DNA of 64,000 nucleotides. It comes from a virus. The notes below the pieces were generated by a model. That model was not told where the DNA came from and did no database searches. It was given only the letters and a program-made list of their open reading frames with translations. Shown piece after piece: positions 1-8,340 of the stretch. The stretch is taken from positions 62,891 to 126,890 of the IMG/VR virus record IMGVR_UViG_3300037313_000197; one strand, 5' to 3'. Position numbers and translations under genes: made by a program. The stretch's first letter is position 1. Every line of letters begins with the position of its first letter.

Positions 1-979
1 CCAACTTATAGTCAATACGTCCGGGGCGAATAAGAGCCGGGTCAAGAGAATCAACGTGGTTGGTAGTAATGAAGGTGATTAGACCACGTGGAGTAGCCAC
101 ACCATCTAGAGCATTCAGCAGACCAGCCAGCGTAGGCGTTTCCTTTTCGGTATTACGAGACACCGTGCTGGTGAAGATATCGATATCTTCAATCAAAAGG
201 ATGGAGTCGTTCGTAACATCACCGATAAGAGCGGACAGAGACTTGTCATTAGTTACCGCGCTCAGGTTCAGGGTATACAGGTCCATACTCAACTCATTAG
301 CCAGAGCAAGTGTCATGCTGCTCTTTCCATTACCCGGCTCGCCATAGAGCATATAGCCACGGTGCCATGGAATACCGACCCTATCGTAATCGTCAGGGCT
401 GTTTCGGAAGTTATCGATATCGGTAAGCAGAGCCTCCTTGACACCCTCAGGAAGAAAGACCGAACCCATGGTGCGCTTGGGAAGGTAAATGCATTCCCAT
501 CCATAGTTACCAACGCTAAAGAGACATGTCTTATTCTCGGTCTTAGCGGCCTTCTTACGAAGATCATCGAGAAGACGCTCTAGAGCACGGATTCCCTCTT
601 CACCACTGGAAGAGAAAGTAAGAACTTCGCGGCGGTTGATAAGACGTGCACCACCCATGGCCTCCATTGGGCTATCAGGAGAGTCCTGACCCATCGAAAC
701 AGTCAACTTGTGACCATCGATGTAAACAGGAATACCCTCCTTGGCATCGAGGTATCGAGCAATGCCATCACGATCCACGAGAAACTTATAGTTCTTTCCG
801 GTAACTCGCTCGTTGAGCCAAGCCATCAGTTCTCCGTAACCGAAAGCATCGTCTTCCACCGTGGCGAAGTACCTGTTTCGGTTGGTGTACCAATTGTGCA
901 GGTTTTTGCCGTGGTTATAGATTGTCATTCCAAGAGCAACACCCTTGGCGACCTTTTCGATCTTTGACTTGGCGTCCAT
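1..979 (-). CDS. BCS1-like AAA+ ATPase (3' end runs off the window)
   Basis: Hand translation from ATG at 979: GIPWHRGYMLYGEPGNGKSS (Walker A), LLIEDID (Walker B), TTNHVDSLDPALIRPGRID (second region of homology). Absent from the ORF track because no stop lies in the window. Confidence 0.85.
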   Translation of the reverse strand, partial: MDAKSKIEKVAKGVALGMTIYNHGKNLHNWYTNRNRYFATVEDDAFGYGELMAWLNERVTGKNYKFLVDRDGIARYLDAKEGIPVYIDGHKLTVSMGQDSPDSPMEAMGGARLINRREVLTFSSSGEEGIRALERLLDDLRKKAAKTENKTCLFSVGNYGWECIYLPKRTMGSVFLPEGVKEALLTDIDNFRNSPDDYDRVGIPWHRGYMLYGEPGNGKSSMTLALANELSMDLYTLNLSAVTNDKSLSALIGDVTNDSILLIEDIDIFTSTVSRNTEKETPTLAGLLNALDGVATPRGLITFITTNHVDSLDPALIRPGRIDYKL

Positions 980-989
980 TAATTACCTT

Positions 990-1157
990 TCAGGGAGTAT
1001 CGACGGATGGAACACAACCATACCCGCCAGAAGCCTTAACTACAAGCACACCATGCTTATTGTCACATGTGCGCTTCTCATTGCCGTAGTAGATGATTCC
1101 TCCGATAATCAGGACAATCAGAAGAACAACACCTACAGTTGCACCAAACTTTTCCAT
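990..1157 (-). CDS. Small membrane protein (55 aa)
   Basis: Hand translation MEKFGATVGVVLLIVLIIGGIIYY...; fills the gap between neighbours. Confidence 0.6.
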   Translation of the reverse strand: MEKFGATVGVVLLIVLIIGGIIYYGNEKRTCDNKHGVLVVKASGGYGCVPSVDTP

Positions 1158-1165
1158 AATGTTCC

Positions 1166-1495
1166 TTACTTGATGCCGAAGAAATTGTTGGCTCCAAGAC
1201 TACTGTTAAATCCATTGGAGAAGTTTCGATTGTACCACCGGCCAATACTAACGAAAAGTACGGTCATCATAACGAAGAACATTGCGAAGCCACCACCGAA
1301 GAGCATATAACACATACCCATCTTGGGAGTCAGGTGCTTGAATCGCGCTCTGCCGGGACTAACCTCATGCTCCCATAGTGTCATGCCCTTACGAAACTTG
1401 TTTGTGATTCGGAAAGCGAGATACCCCAGAAGCATCCATCCCGCATAGATAGCGAGGATAATCATAAGTATAGTCATGTCAGCCCTTCTTGACAC
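1166..1495 (-). CDS. Hypothetical membrane protein
   Basis: Two hydrophobic segments, tightly packed. Confidence 0.6.
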   Translation of the reverse strand: MSRRADMTILMIILAIYAGWMLLGYLAFRITNKFRKGMTLWEHEVSPGRARFKHLTPKMGMCYMLFGGGFAMFFVMMTVLFVSIGRWYNRNFSNGFNSSLGANNFFGIK

Positions 1496-1718
1496 GAGTC
1501 ACAGAAGTAACACGATACTTCTTGACGCTCTTGACGTTCTTCTCGACAGCAGTCGTCTGGTCAGAATCACCATATCCGATGTAATACCGACCGGGAGCAA
1601 CCTGAGCCACAACAACCTCACGGTCACCGGCAGAATCGATTGCAGAAAACATCTGGTGGACATTCTCAGCCTGATAAGGCAGACCAAGGTCAGCGAAGAA
1701 ACGGCTCTGAGTGGACAT
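1479..1718 (-). CDS. Hypothetical protein
   Basis: RBS AAGGAG upstream, promoter at 1753-1781. Confidence 0.6.
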   Translation of the reverse strand: MSTQSRFFADLGLPYQAENVHQMFSAIDSAGDREVVVAQVAPGRYYIGYGDSDQTTAVEKNVKSVKKYRVTSVTRVKKG

Positions 1719-1752
1719 ATTTTCTCCTTCGTCGTTCGGACTTGATGATGTA

Positions 1753-1781
1753 ACTCTACATGCTCAGTTAGTACGGGTCAA
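1753..1781 (-). promoter_or_regulatory. Sigma70/HrdB-type promoter
   Basis: TTGACC-17-TAGAGT. Confidence 0.6.
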
Positions 1782-2069
1782 GCCTTCGTCCCAACCTTCT
1801 ACTCTCCAAAGTGGCGAATTTATCTTCGTTCCTATGGCCGGTAGAGGAGCATCTAATGGCAAGTATGCCCAACCTCTCCACCCCGGCCCGTCAGGACCGT
1901 CAGAAAAGGCCGGTGAGCGCTCGCAAAATTGATCCCCAATGACAGACAGGTTGCCAAAAACGCAGACGCTCTTATAGGGGAACTTATTCTCCTGTCTAAG
2001 AACGAGGCTTAGAATTAGGAAAGCGGTGGCAGCAAGAGCAACCACCATAATCCTTTTAGTTAAGCGCAT
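1764..2069 (-). CDS. Hypothetical exported or membrane-anchored protein
   Basis: N-terminal basic plus hydrophobic segment. Confidence 0.55.
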   Translation of the reverse strand: MRLTKRIMVVALAATAFLILSLVLRQENKFPYKSVCVFGNLSVIGDQFCERSPAFSDGPDGPGWRGWAYLPLDAPLPAIGTKINSPLWRVEGWDEGLTRTN

Positions 2070-2376
2070 CGACTCCCCTTCGGTCAGCGTTCAACTGCTT
2101 GAAGAAGTAATAAGAAGCCTTGACCCACTTGGCAGGGAAGTATAGCGCGGCGGGGATAATGGCAATAGGCAGGAAAATCACTGCCACAACAAGCCATACA
2201 GCCTTGTATACCTCATTTGCTCTGTGCGCAAGAATCTTCTTGCTAGGGTACCGGTCATCACGTTCTGATCGGTAATCTGAAACCTTAATGCAGAGATACA
2301 TAATTGAAGCAACAAGGCCGAACATTCCGATAATAACCCACAAAGGAAGAAGGACATTAATAAACAAATCCCACAT
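2056..2376 (-). CDS. Hypothetical membrane protein
   Basis: Two transmembrane-like segments. Confidence 0.6.
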   Translation of the reverse strand: MWDLFINVLLPLWVIIGMFGLVASIMYLCIKVSDYRSERDDRYPSKKILAHRANEVYKAVWLVVAVIFLPIAIIPAALYFPAKWVKASYYFFKQLNADRRGVDALN

Positions 2377-2499
2377 GGTAACCTCACTTAGTCAGACGGT
2401 CAATGAATCGAGAAATATGATATGCCGCGAACGGCACACCGCCAAGAATTACAATGCTCGTAATACCACCAATGAGGTTATCCATGTGGGACTCCTTTA

Positions 2500-2817
2500 T
2501 CAAATATTTGAAAGTTCTGCCAATAACTTGATTCCAGTCTTAGCCTCTACCGGCCCGACTAGTTCCCCATCCTTGAAAGCAAGGACGGTAGGAACGCTCT
2601 GAATCTTGTAAGAGTCTACAAGGTCACGATCAGCCTTGTCAATGTCCACAGCAAGGAACTTAACATCGCTCATCTTTTCAGACGTAGCCTCGTAGTGAGG
2701 GAGGAATCTTTGGCAAGGGATACACCAAGAAATTGCGTGGAAATCCACAACTACTACTCCACCGGCATCTAGCGCGGTGGTCAAATCACTTACAGACGAA
2801 ATCTCTGTAACACTCAA
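2500..2817 (-). CDS. trxA: Thioredoxin
   Basis: VVVDFHAISWCIPC active site, AVDID, IQSVPTVLAFKDG. Confidence 0.92.
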   Translation of the reverse strand: MSVTEISSVSDLTTALDAGGVVVVDFHAISWCIPCQRFLPHYEATSEKMSDVKFLAVDIDKADRDLVDSYKIQSVPTVLAFKDGELVGPVEAKTGIKLLAELSNI

Positions 2818-3239
2818 ACTGCATTCACTCCCTTAAAAGAAATCTTTACATCGCCTTCGAATGCCTTGTTGATCTGCTCTTCGGCAACCTTTAGAGCACC
2901 GGCAATATCATCAGCGCGAACTTCAATTGTAACACCGCCAGTGACCTCGGCAACAATCTTAAACTTTGTTTCGGCAGTATTCTCAGTTGTCTCGTAGTTA
3001 CGCTTTTCAACGTCATCAACGCGAGCACCTTGATAAATGCCACGGATATAAGAATTGTAGAACTTACCGGCGCTAGTAGCATTACAAATACCATTGTAAG
3101 CACCCGGATTGACATTGACATAACCAGCAAACCCGCCGTGCTTGAACTCGACGGCTAAGGTCTTGTTCTGATAATCGTAATACACCTTCTTGATAGTGCT
3201 ACTGTCAGGCTCAAAACTGTAATCATATACAAACTTCAT
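2814..3239 (-). CDS. KTSC-domain protein
   Basis: SSTIKKVYYD..TLAVEFKHG..Y..V....Y......S.GKFYNSYIRG pattern. Confidence 0.75.
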   Translation of the reverse strand: MKFVYDYSFEPDSSTIKKVYYDYQNKTLAVEFKHGGFAGYVNVNPGAYNGICNATSAGKFYNSYIRGIYQGARVDDVEKRNYETTENTAETKFKIVAEVTGGVTIEVRADDIAGALKVAEEQINKAFEGDVKISFKGVNAV

Positions 3240-3481
3240 TACTCTCCTAGAGTACCCATGTGTACGTAGATATCGTACACTGCTTCGTTGTCATCCATCT
3301 TTGTGATAACTAGATGACCAACGGTTAACGTACCCCCGCCGACCTCATCCAACAAAACCGTAGCCCTCTCAACGGCGGTCTTGATTTCCTCGGCGGTAGG
3401 TACCTTGTCTTCACCATCAATATTCCAAGTAAAGTCTTGCAAAAGAAATTGCAATGCGATGCTGTCGTAATCTATTTTCAT
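3239..3481 (-). CDS. Hypothetical protein
   Basis: ORF track, start trimmed to MKIDYDS; overlaps neighbours in an operon-like way. Confidence 0.6.
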   Translation of the reverse strand: MKIDYDSIALQFLLQDFTWNIDGEDKVPTAEEIKTAVERATVLLDEVGGGTLTVGHLVITKMDDNEAVYDIYVHMGTLGE

Positions 3482-3660
3482 AGAACTGAAATCACAGCCT
3501 GACGTACTTGCTTTTCTGCATCTGCCCAATCATTTCCTACGCCATGAGCGATGATTTCATCGTCCTGTCCAGACTCGTCAAAAGCCTGAGCAACGTAGTA
3601 CATGATTTCGCCCTCTAGGTCGTCTTCCCAGATTTGAGCGCGTAGTGAATAGAACTTCAT
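3478..3660 (-). CDS. Hypothetical protein
   Basis: RBS GGGAGAG, 4-nt overlap with the next gene. Confidence 0.6.
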   Translation of the reverse strand: MKFYSLRAQIWEDDLEGEIMYYVAQAFDESGQDDEIIAHGVGNDWADAEKQVRQAVISVL

Positions 3661-3753
3661 TTCTCTCCCTAATTAAGTGGGGAGCCTAGACGTTACTGCC
3701 ACGTCTTCTTCAAGGCCACAACTTGACGCATCACTTTAATGCTTTAGGCTCAG

Positions 3754-3824
3754 AGGGATATACGGGAATCGAACCCGTGCGATCACCATGGCAAGGTGAC
3801 ATGCGGCCACAACATCTATATCCC
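3754..3824 (-). tRNA. tRNA-Gly(GCC)
   Basis: Acceptor GGGATAT/ATATCCC, loop TTGCCAT, TTCGATT T-loop, U73. Confidence 0.9.
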
Positions 3825-3840
3825 ATATTCAATTATATTG

Positions 3841-3869
3841 AGTCTATCAGTCTCTAATCACTCTGTCAA
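3841..3869 (-). promoter_or_regulatory. Sigma70-type promoter for tRNA-Gly
   Basis: TTGACA-17-TAGACT. Confidence 0.7.
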
Positions 3870-4314
3870 CAAAGGCTACATGGTTTTTAAGGATTTCTAT
3901 GGCCTGCTTCTCCCACCAATACCCGCCATATCCATCCACGTGCTCAATTGCAAATGGGAAGCCAAGGTGTATAACAGGAACTCCATTGTCACGAGCGAAG
4001 TCGATTTCATGCTGTGTGCCAAGGCCGGTAGGAACAGCAGAAGGCGTAAGGTTAAGAAGAACATCAGACTTCTCTACCGCCACGTCATTTAGAATTTGCA
4101 TTCTCTCGTTCCATGGACCCTTGAATGCCTCCCAAGGCCGGTAGACAAGAAAGTCTGCCTTTACAAACGCCCGAGATAGTTCATCTCTCCACCACCTATA
4201 CGAAACAGCAAGCGGGGTATCAAAACGATCTTCCTGCCACCAGTATTCAATCGGGCCTGCAAGATACAAAACCTTTGACTGTGAATATGATTCTTTACCG
4301 TAGATGCTTTCCAT
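3847..4314 (-). CDS. Nucleoside 2-deoxyribosyltransferase family protein
   Basis: VLYLAGP, VYRPW, D..AVEKSDVLL, GTQHEIDFA motifs; start trimmed to MESIY. Confidence 0.7.
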   Translation of the reverse strand: MESIYGKESYSQSKVLYLAGPIEYWWQEDRFDTPLAVSYRWWRDELSRAFVKADFLVYRPWEAFKGPWNERMQILNDVAVEKSDVLLNLTPSAVPTGLGTQHEIDFARDNGVPVIHLGFPFAIEHVDGYGGYWWEKQAIEILKNHVAFVDRVIRD

Positions 4315-4506
4315 ACCGGGCCTTTCGTTCAATGGACTCGTATGAATCCAAAATGTAAGCGGCGGCAGAGACAAAGAGAATAACGAAGACGCTCAATAGA
4401 ACAACATGTACAGGACTTACCGGCCACAACTTAACCATTGCCTGTCCAAAGACAATTAGCAGCGGCATCGGAAGAACCTTAACCAGAGACTTTGCCCAAA
4501 TCATAG

Positions 4507-4731
4507 TCAGTCCTTAAACCGAAGAACGATGGTATTGCCCTTGACACACTGCCCGCCCTTGCCCTTTTCCTGAATACCATCAGCCTTGGCACCCAGAGCC
4601 TCACACGCCTGCGTCTTGGCGGTCTCAACCCTCTGAGTCCAGTTGGGAATAGTGATGGCCGCACCAAGAATGGCGAAAACTAGCATTGTGAAAAGACCAC
4701 CAACAGCAAGTCCCGATCCAAAACCCTCCAT
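4507..4731 (-). CDS. Hypothetical membrane-anchored protein
   Basis: N-terminal TM segment, two Cys. Confidence 0.55.
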   Translation of the reverse strand: MEGFGSGLAVGGLFTMLVFAILGAAITIPNWTQRVETAKTQACEALGAKADGIQEKGKGGQCVKGNTIVLRFKD

Positions 4732-4740
4732 GGGAACTCC

Positions 4741-5004
4741 TTAAATATCAGCGTTTGAAGGAGACGGCTTCTCGTTCAACTTGTAAGTCGAGTCTAGCAC
4801 GACCCAACCCTGATCTTCAAGAGCCTCACGATGGAACTTTCCATGGTGTCCGCAGAACAGAATATCGCTGCCACCCTTAATTGCCTGCATAAAAGCCTGT
4901 GCGCCACAACGGTCACACCTGTCTGCCACCACCAACTCACGTTCCGGCGATGCGCTAGAAAAAGCATTAAAAGTTAAGGTAGTCATATTGCGACCTTCTT
5001 TCAT
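4741..5004 (-). CDS. Small Zn-binding protein of an actinobacterial family
   Basis: DRCDRCGAQA...LFCGHH. Confidence 0.65.
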   Translation of the reverse strand: MKEGRNMTTLTFNAFSSASPERELVVADRCDRCGAQAFMQAIKGGSDILFCGHHGKFHREALEDQGWVVLDSTYKLNEKPSPSNADI

Positions 5005-5019
5005 AGTGTGTTACTTGCG

Positions 5020-5090
5020 TAGCCTATCCCGGTAACGCTCCGAGGACTCAACATTGAGAGTGTTGCGAGTTACTTCTACTCCAATAGGCC
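5020..5090 (-). tRNA. tRNA-Glu(CTC), non-canonical T-loop
   Basis: Acceptor GGCCTAT/ATAGGCT, stem CAACA/TGTTG with loop CTCTCAA, T-arm CTCGG-AGCGTTA-CCGGG. Confidence 0.8.
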
Positions 5091-5094
5091 ATGA

Positions 5095-5117
5095 GCCGGG
5101 GCTTTTTACACCCCGGC
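5095..5117 (-). terminator. GC-rich hairpin, possible terminator or processing site
   Basis: GCCGGGG/CCCCGGC 7-bp stem after the stop at 5128; no U-tract. Confidence 0.4.
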
Positions 5118-5127
5118 CTGTAGTTTA

Positions 5128-5517
5128 TCATGCAGTTGCCGGTGGCGGCAAGTTCTTCTTTAGCAACATATTAGGCGGTGGTTCAGGAAGAGACTCACCC
5201 TTAGATTCAAGAAGTCGTCGTGCCTGTTCCAATTGTACTCTCAGCAAAAGAAGTTGCTCATATGCCTCAAAGTACTTTGCCTTCCACTCGTCTAGTTCCT
5301 TTTCCACTGCCTGCATTTCCTGCTTTAGAGCAGTCAACTCCGCTCTTAGTTCATTGCGGAGGTTTGTGGCAGTGTCATCCTTATCCTTTGCCTTCTTTAG
5401 TTTCGCTTCAATCCACTTTAGTCCTGCACCGGCGAATACGGTTCCTAGGAACGTGAGAACCGGTACTAGCCAGTCGCTAATATTAGCCACCGCGCTTTTC
5501 TCTCCTGCGGGATTCAA
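5128..5517 (-). CDS. Membrane-anchored coiled-coil protein
   Basis: TM segment WLVPVLTFLGTVFAGAGL followed by a long heptad-rich helix. Confidence 0.65.
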   Translation of the reverse strand: MNPAGEKSAVANISDWLVPVLTFLGTVFAGAGLKWIEAKLKKAKDKDDTATNLRNELRAELTALKQEMQAVEKELDEWKAKYFEAYEQLLLLRVQLEQARRLLESKGESLPEPPPNMLLKKNLPPPATA

Positions 5518-5899
5518 TTATGTGAAGAACACCAGCAGTGAAGGCAAGGGCAAGGATAAGAACCCAGATGATCGGTGTAAATCCAATAGTCAATAGTCTA
5601 AGGAGCACCATGAAGAAGAAAGCACCAAACATCAGCATGGTGCCCCAATATCTTCCCCTTGCAGAATTCCGCACTACTCCGTAGAGCCCAACTGCGCCGG
5701 TAGTCATGTAACTCGTTCCAATTACAATATGACCAATAGAGGAGTCACTAAGAACTCCTATTGCAGTGGTGCTTCCTCCTACATACCATGGACCAGCAAT
5801 GTACACGCCTGTGATTAGAAGTGCAACTGCTAGGAAGCCCTGAATCAGATACTCAGGATGAGCCTCCATCCATGTAAGGGTTTTTGACAGTCTTGACAT
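5483..5899 (-). CDS. Four-TM membrane protein
   Basis: Four hydrophobic segments, own promoter at 5906-5934. Confidence 0.7.
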   Translation of the reverse strand: MSRLSKTLTWMEAHPEYLIQGFLAVALLITGVYIAGPWYVGGSTTAIGVLSDSSIGHIVIGTSYMTTGAVGLYGVVRNSARGRYWGTMLMFGAFFFMVLLRLLTIGFTPIIWVLILALAFTAGVLHIIESRRREKRGG

Positions 5900-5905
5900 A
5901 CAATA

Positions 5906-5934
5906 AGTATAATCTCGATACTATCAAAAGTCAA
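5906..5934 (-). promoter_or_regulatory. Sigma70-type promoter
   Basis: TTGACT-17-TATACT. Confidence 0.65.
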
Positions 5935-5969
5935 CGATTCTCAAACTTGACTAAACCTTTACTCAGGTT

Positions 5970-6197
5970 TTACACAAACTCGTGTGCAGATATTTCCTTG
6001 CCAACGTAACGATGCCTTTTAATGTACTCAGATACCGATTCAAAGCCATTTGCTCGACCATGAAGGATAATCAAATAACGTGGCTCGCGCTTTTCCTTAA
6101 CGCAGTCGTTGCACAAGTAGAGAGTGGTAGCAGTTGCCAGCCTAGACCTCTGTGGAGTTAATTCATTCTTATTCTTACCACACGCGCTGCATGTCAT
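5970..6197 (-). CDS. Zn-finger hypothetical protein
   Basis: CSAC...LCNDC. Confidence 0.6.
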   Translation of the reverse strand: MTCSACGKNKNELTPQRSRLATATTLYLCNDCVKEKREPRYLIILHGRANGFESVSEYIKRHRYVGKEISAHEFV

Positions 6198-6489
6198 TCT
6201 TACTCACTCTCATTAGATAGCAGGGAATTCCTGCATTACGGATTTTTGTAATTACTACACCGGCCCATTCACCAATGCTTGTTTGTTGTGGAGTACTGTG
6301 CTCAGCGAAGTTCTCTAGGAACAGCACCAACATTAGACATGGGTCACCATCTGGGTGTGGTATTACTGCCCAATCTACGGAGCGATACGGCGGCGGTGTA
6401 GCACGACAAATCTCTCCAACTACGGACCTTACATAGTCCATGTTATTGAAGATATTGATTACGCCAAACGCGTTCGTATTTCTTGCCAT
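6175..6489 (-). CDS. Hypothetical protein
   Basis: ORF packed between neighbours. Confidence 0.55.
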   Translation of the reverse strand: MARNTNAFGVINIFNNMDYVRSVVGEICRATPPPYRSVDWAVIPHPDGDPCLMLVLFLENFAEHSTPQQTSIGEWAGVVITKIRNAGIPCYLMRVSKNDMQRVW

Positions 6490-6767
6490 GTTTCCTCTGT
6501 CTTGTGTGAATTTCTGTTCTTGTCTGGCTTACCAGAGCCATTCCAGTATACACCACCCCAGACCCCTTGCTGTCCATCCATTCCCGCTTCGGCGCATTGC
6601 TTCATGACTGGACAATGTAGGCACATATCATCAACCTGCTTTGCAACATTCTGACTCTTTTCATAATCCTCAAAGAATAGGTCGGGATTATCTATTCTGT
6701 TACAAAGTGCTAGGTCGTGCCAAGTGAAAGTCGTAGGGTCTAACCCCATTTGTTCAAGGAGATTCAC
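6459..6767 (-). CDS. whiB: WhiB-family Fe-S transcription factor
   Basis: WHDLALC..PDLFF..CLHCPVMKQC..GVWGG. Confidence 0.92.
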   Translation of the reverse strand: MNLLEQMGLDPTTFTWHDLALCNRIDNPDLFFEDYEKSQNVAKQVDDMCLHCPVMKQCAEAGMDGQQGVWGGVYWNGSGKPDKNRNSHKTEETWQEIRTRLA

Positions 6768-7009
6768 GGGTTAACTGGAACTCTCCACATGCCTCGGTCG
6801 GTCATCTTAATGCGCCTCACGGTTCCCCATGCTCCATTACGAAACATGCCATTCTTAACCATGTAACCACCGGGGTTTCGCTTCCAAATCACAATCTCAT
6901 ATCCATCCCAGAAGATATCCTTCATGGCAGGATTGAAAGAAGTAGCATTCTGCCCAACGTAGTCGTGGGCCTGATCGAAGTTAACGTGCTTGTGATTGTT
7001 GTTCTTCAT
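6764..7009 (-). CDS. Hypothetical protein
   Basis: RBS AAGGAG, 4-nt overlap with whiB. Confidence 0.6.
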   Translation of the reverse strand: MKNNNHKHVNFDQAHDYVGQNATSFNPAMKDIFWDGYEIVIWKRNPGGYMVKNGMFRNGAWGTVRRIKMTDRGMWRVPVNP

Positions 7010-7061
7010 TGTATTCTCCTTTGTGGAGTCATTCTTTAATCAACTACCGGGCGGTAGAGAG

Positions 7062-7134
7062 AGCCCCTACTGTGAATCGAACACAGATTTTGCCCGTACC
7101 AAGGGCATGTTCTAACCATTGAAACTATAGGGGC
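7062..7134 (-). tRNA. tRNA-Thr(GGT)
   Basis: GCCCCTA/TAGGGGC, loop TTGGTAC. Confidence 0.9.
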
Positions 7135-7136
7135 GG

Positions 7137-7207
7137 GGCTGGACCGGAGAATTGAACTCCGAATAACCGCTTACGAGACGGTTGTTATACCGTTTAACTA
7201 GTCCAGC
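7137..7207 (-). tRNA. tRNA-Thr(CGT)
   Basis: GCTGGAC/GTCCAGC, loop CTCGTAA. Confidence 0.9.
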
Positions 7208-7216
7208 ACTTCTTAA

Positions 7217-7245
7217 AGTTTAACAGGCTTAATTTCTCCTGTCAA
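7217..7245 (-). promoter_or_regulatory. Sigma70-type promoter for the Thr tRNAs
   Basis: TTGACA-17-TAAACT. Confidence 0.7.
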
Positions 7246-7251
7246 TAGGAA

Positions 7252-7277
7252 GGCCGGGTATTTTTCAATACCCGGCC
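7252..7277 (-). terminator. Probable intrinsic terminator
   Basis: Perfect 10-bp inverted repeat GGCCGGGTAT/ATACCCGGCC just after the 7300 stop. Confidence 0.6.
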
Positions 7278-7299
7278 AACCCTTAAAACTCAATTACGA

Positions 7300-7572
7300 T
7301 CACGCGAATGGGTCGTAATCTGCTGCGCGGGTGAAGTCAGTCTGGGTGTCATCCGTGCTAATCTCACGTGCGCGGCGGTGAGCAAGAGTCTCAACATCGT
7401 CACGTGACTCGTAGTTGTCCATTGCTGCTGCGTAGCCAATGTAGGAAACGTCTGCAACGTTGGCTGCTGCTGCACGGTCCTTAGCGTCCTGAGCAACGTC
7501 AGTTGCACCGGGAACTACATATAGGTTCGCAACAACTTCGCTTGCTGTCTGTACTGTGTCTAGGTATGCCAT
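7300..7572 (-). CDS. Acidic Ala-rich hypothetical protein in its own transcription unit
   Basis: RBS AAGGAGGTG, start MAYLDTV, promoter 7599-7628, hairpin 7252-7277. Confidence 0.7.
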   Translation of the reverse strand: MAYLDTVQTASEVVANLYVVPGATDVAQDAKDRAAAANVADVSYIGYAAAMDNYESRDDVETLAHRRAREISTDDTQTDFTRAADYDPFA

Positions 7573-7598
7573 AAGGTAAAACACCTCCTTCTTATAGA

Positions 7599-7628
7599 AG
7601 TATAACACAGGTGTTTTCCTAATGTCAA
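7599..7628 (-). promoter_or_regulatory. Sigma70-type promoter
   Basis: TTGACA-18-TATACT. Confidence 0.7.
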
Positions 7629-7638
7629 ATAGTGGACA

Positions 7639-7965
7639 TTACCTTCTGCTGGTATTTGCAAAGGTGATCTGCTGCATCATAACTGATGCTGCCTTTACAT
7701 ATTGATTCTTCACCAGACTAGACGTTTCTACCTTGCTGTAATTCTCAAACAGTTCGTTGAACTTGTCAAGAGCCATACCACAACAGTGGATACACCATCC
7801 GGCGTTTCCGTCACTGCCATAAAATACACGCTGGTTGGATACCCCCGGAATTCCCGCGTACTTCTCAGAGGTCTTAGCGCCGCATACAGCAGTGATTCTC
7901 TTGTTGCTGTCCGTAGGGACTAGCCACTTCTGCCAGTCCCTACGGATATGCATATTTGCGATCAA
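7639..7965 (-). CDS. Hypothetical protein
   Basis: ORF with C..WCIHC. Confidence 0.55.
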   Translation of the reverse strand: MIANMHIRRDWQKWLVPTDSNKRITAVCGAKTSEKYAGIPGVSNQRVFYGSDGNAGWCIHCCGMALDKFNELFENYSKVETSSLVKNQYVKAASVMMQQITFANTSRR

Positions 7966-8189
7966 GACTTTGAACTACTACTCGACGTAGCAACCGGGAC
8001 CAGAAGGCTAATGAGAGCGACAACAAGGAAAGTTGCCTGCCAACCGAGCGACGGAATAGCGGGAATGTGCGAGTGAACAGCACCAAGCAGAAGCATGGTC
8101 GGCCAGAAAAGAACCAGTGCGCGAAGGAAGGCAGCACCGATAGCAATAAGTGGAGCGGCAATCAGGCCAAGTAGAACAACTGCAAACAT
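7962..8189 (-). CDS. Hypothetical membrane protein
   Basis: Very hydrophobic, RBS AGGAG. Confidence 0.65.
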   Translation of the reverse strand: MFAVVLLGLIAAPLIAIGAAFLRALVLFWPTMLLLGAVHSHIPAIPSLGWQATFLVVALISLLVPVATSSSSSKS

Positions 8190-8220
8190 GTTTTCTCCTA
8201 AGTTTAGTTTGGGTTTTGCG

Positions 8221-8293
8221 TATCCCCTATCGGATTCGAACCGATACTTTGCAGGGTTTAAATCTGCTGCCTCTGCCGTTGGGCTAAGGGGAC
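8221..8293 (-). tRNA. tRNA-Leu(TAA), short variable loop
   Basis: GTCCCCT/AGGGGAT-A73, D-arm GCCCAACGGCAGAGGC, loop TTTAAAC, 5-nt variable loop, TTCGAAT. Confidence 0.85.
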
Positions 8294-8306
8294 TTAATAC
8301 GGGTCC

Positions 8307-8336
8307 ATTCTATCCCGCGTTATAGGAGAAAGTCAA
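8307..8336 (-). promoter_or_regulatory. Sigma70-type promoter for tRNA-Leu(TAA)
   Basis: TTGACT-18-TAGAAT. Confidence 0.65.
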
Positions 8337-8340
8337 TTGC

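Noticed and set aside
8221-8293. Ochre (UAA) suppressor tRNA
   Set aside because: The anticodon itself is UAA, which reads UUA (Leu); a suppressor would need anticodon UUA.
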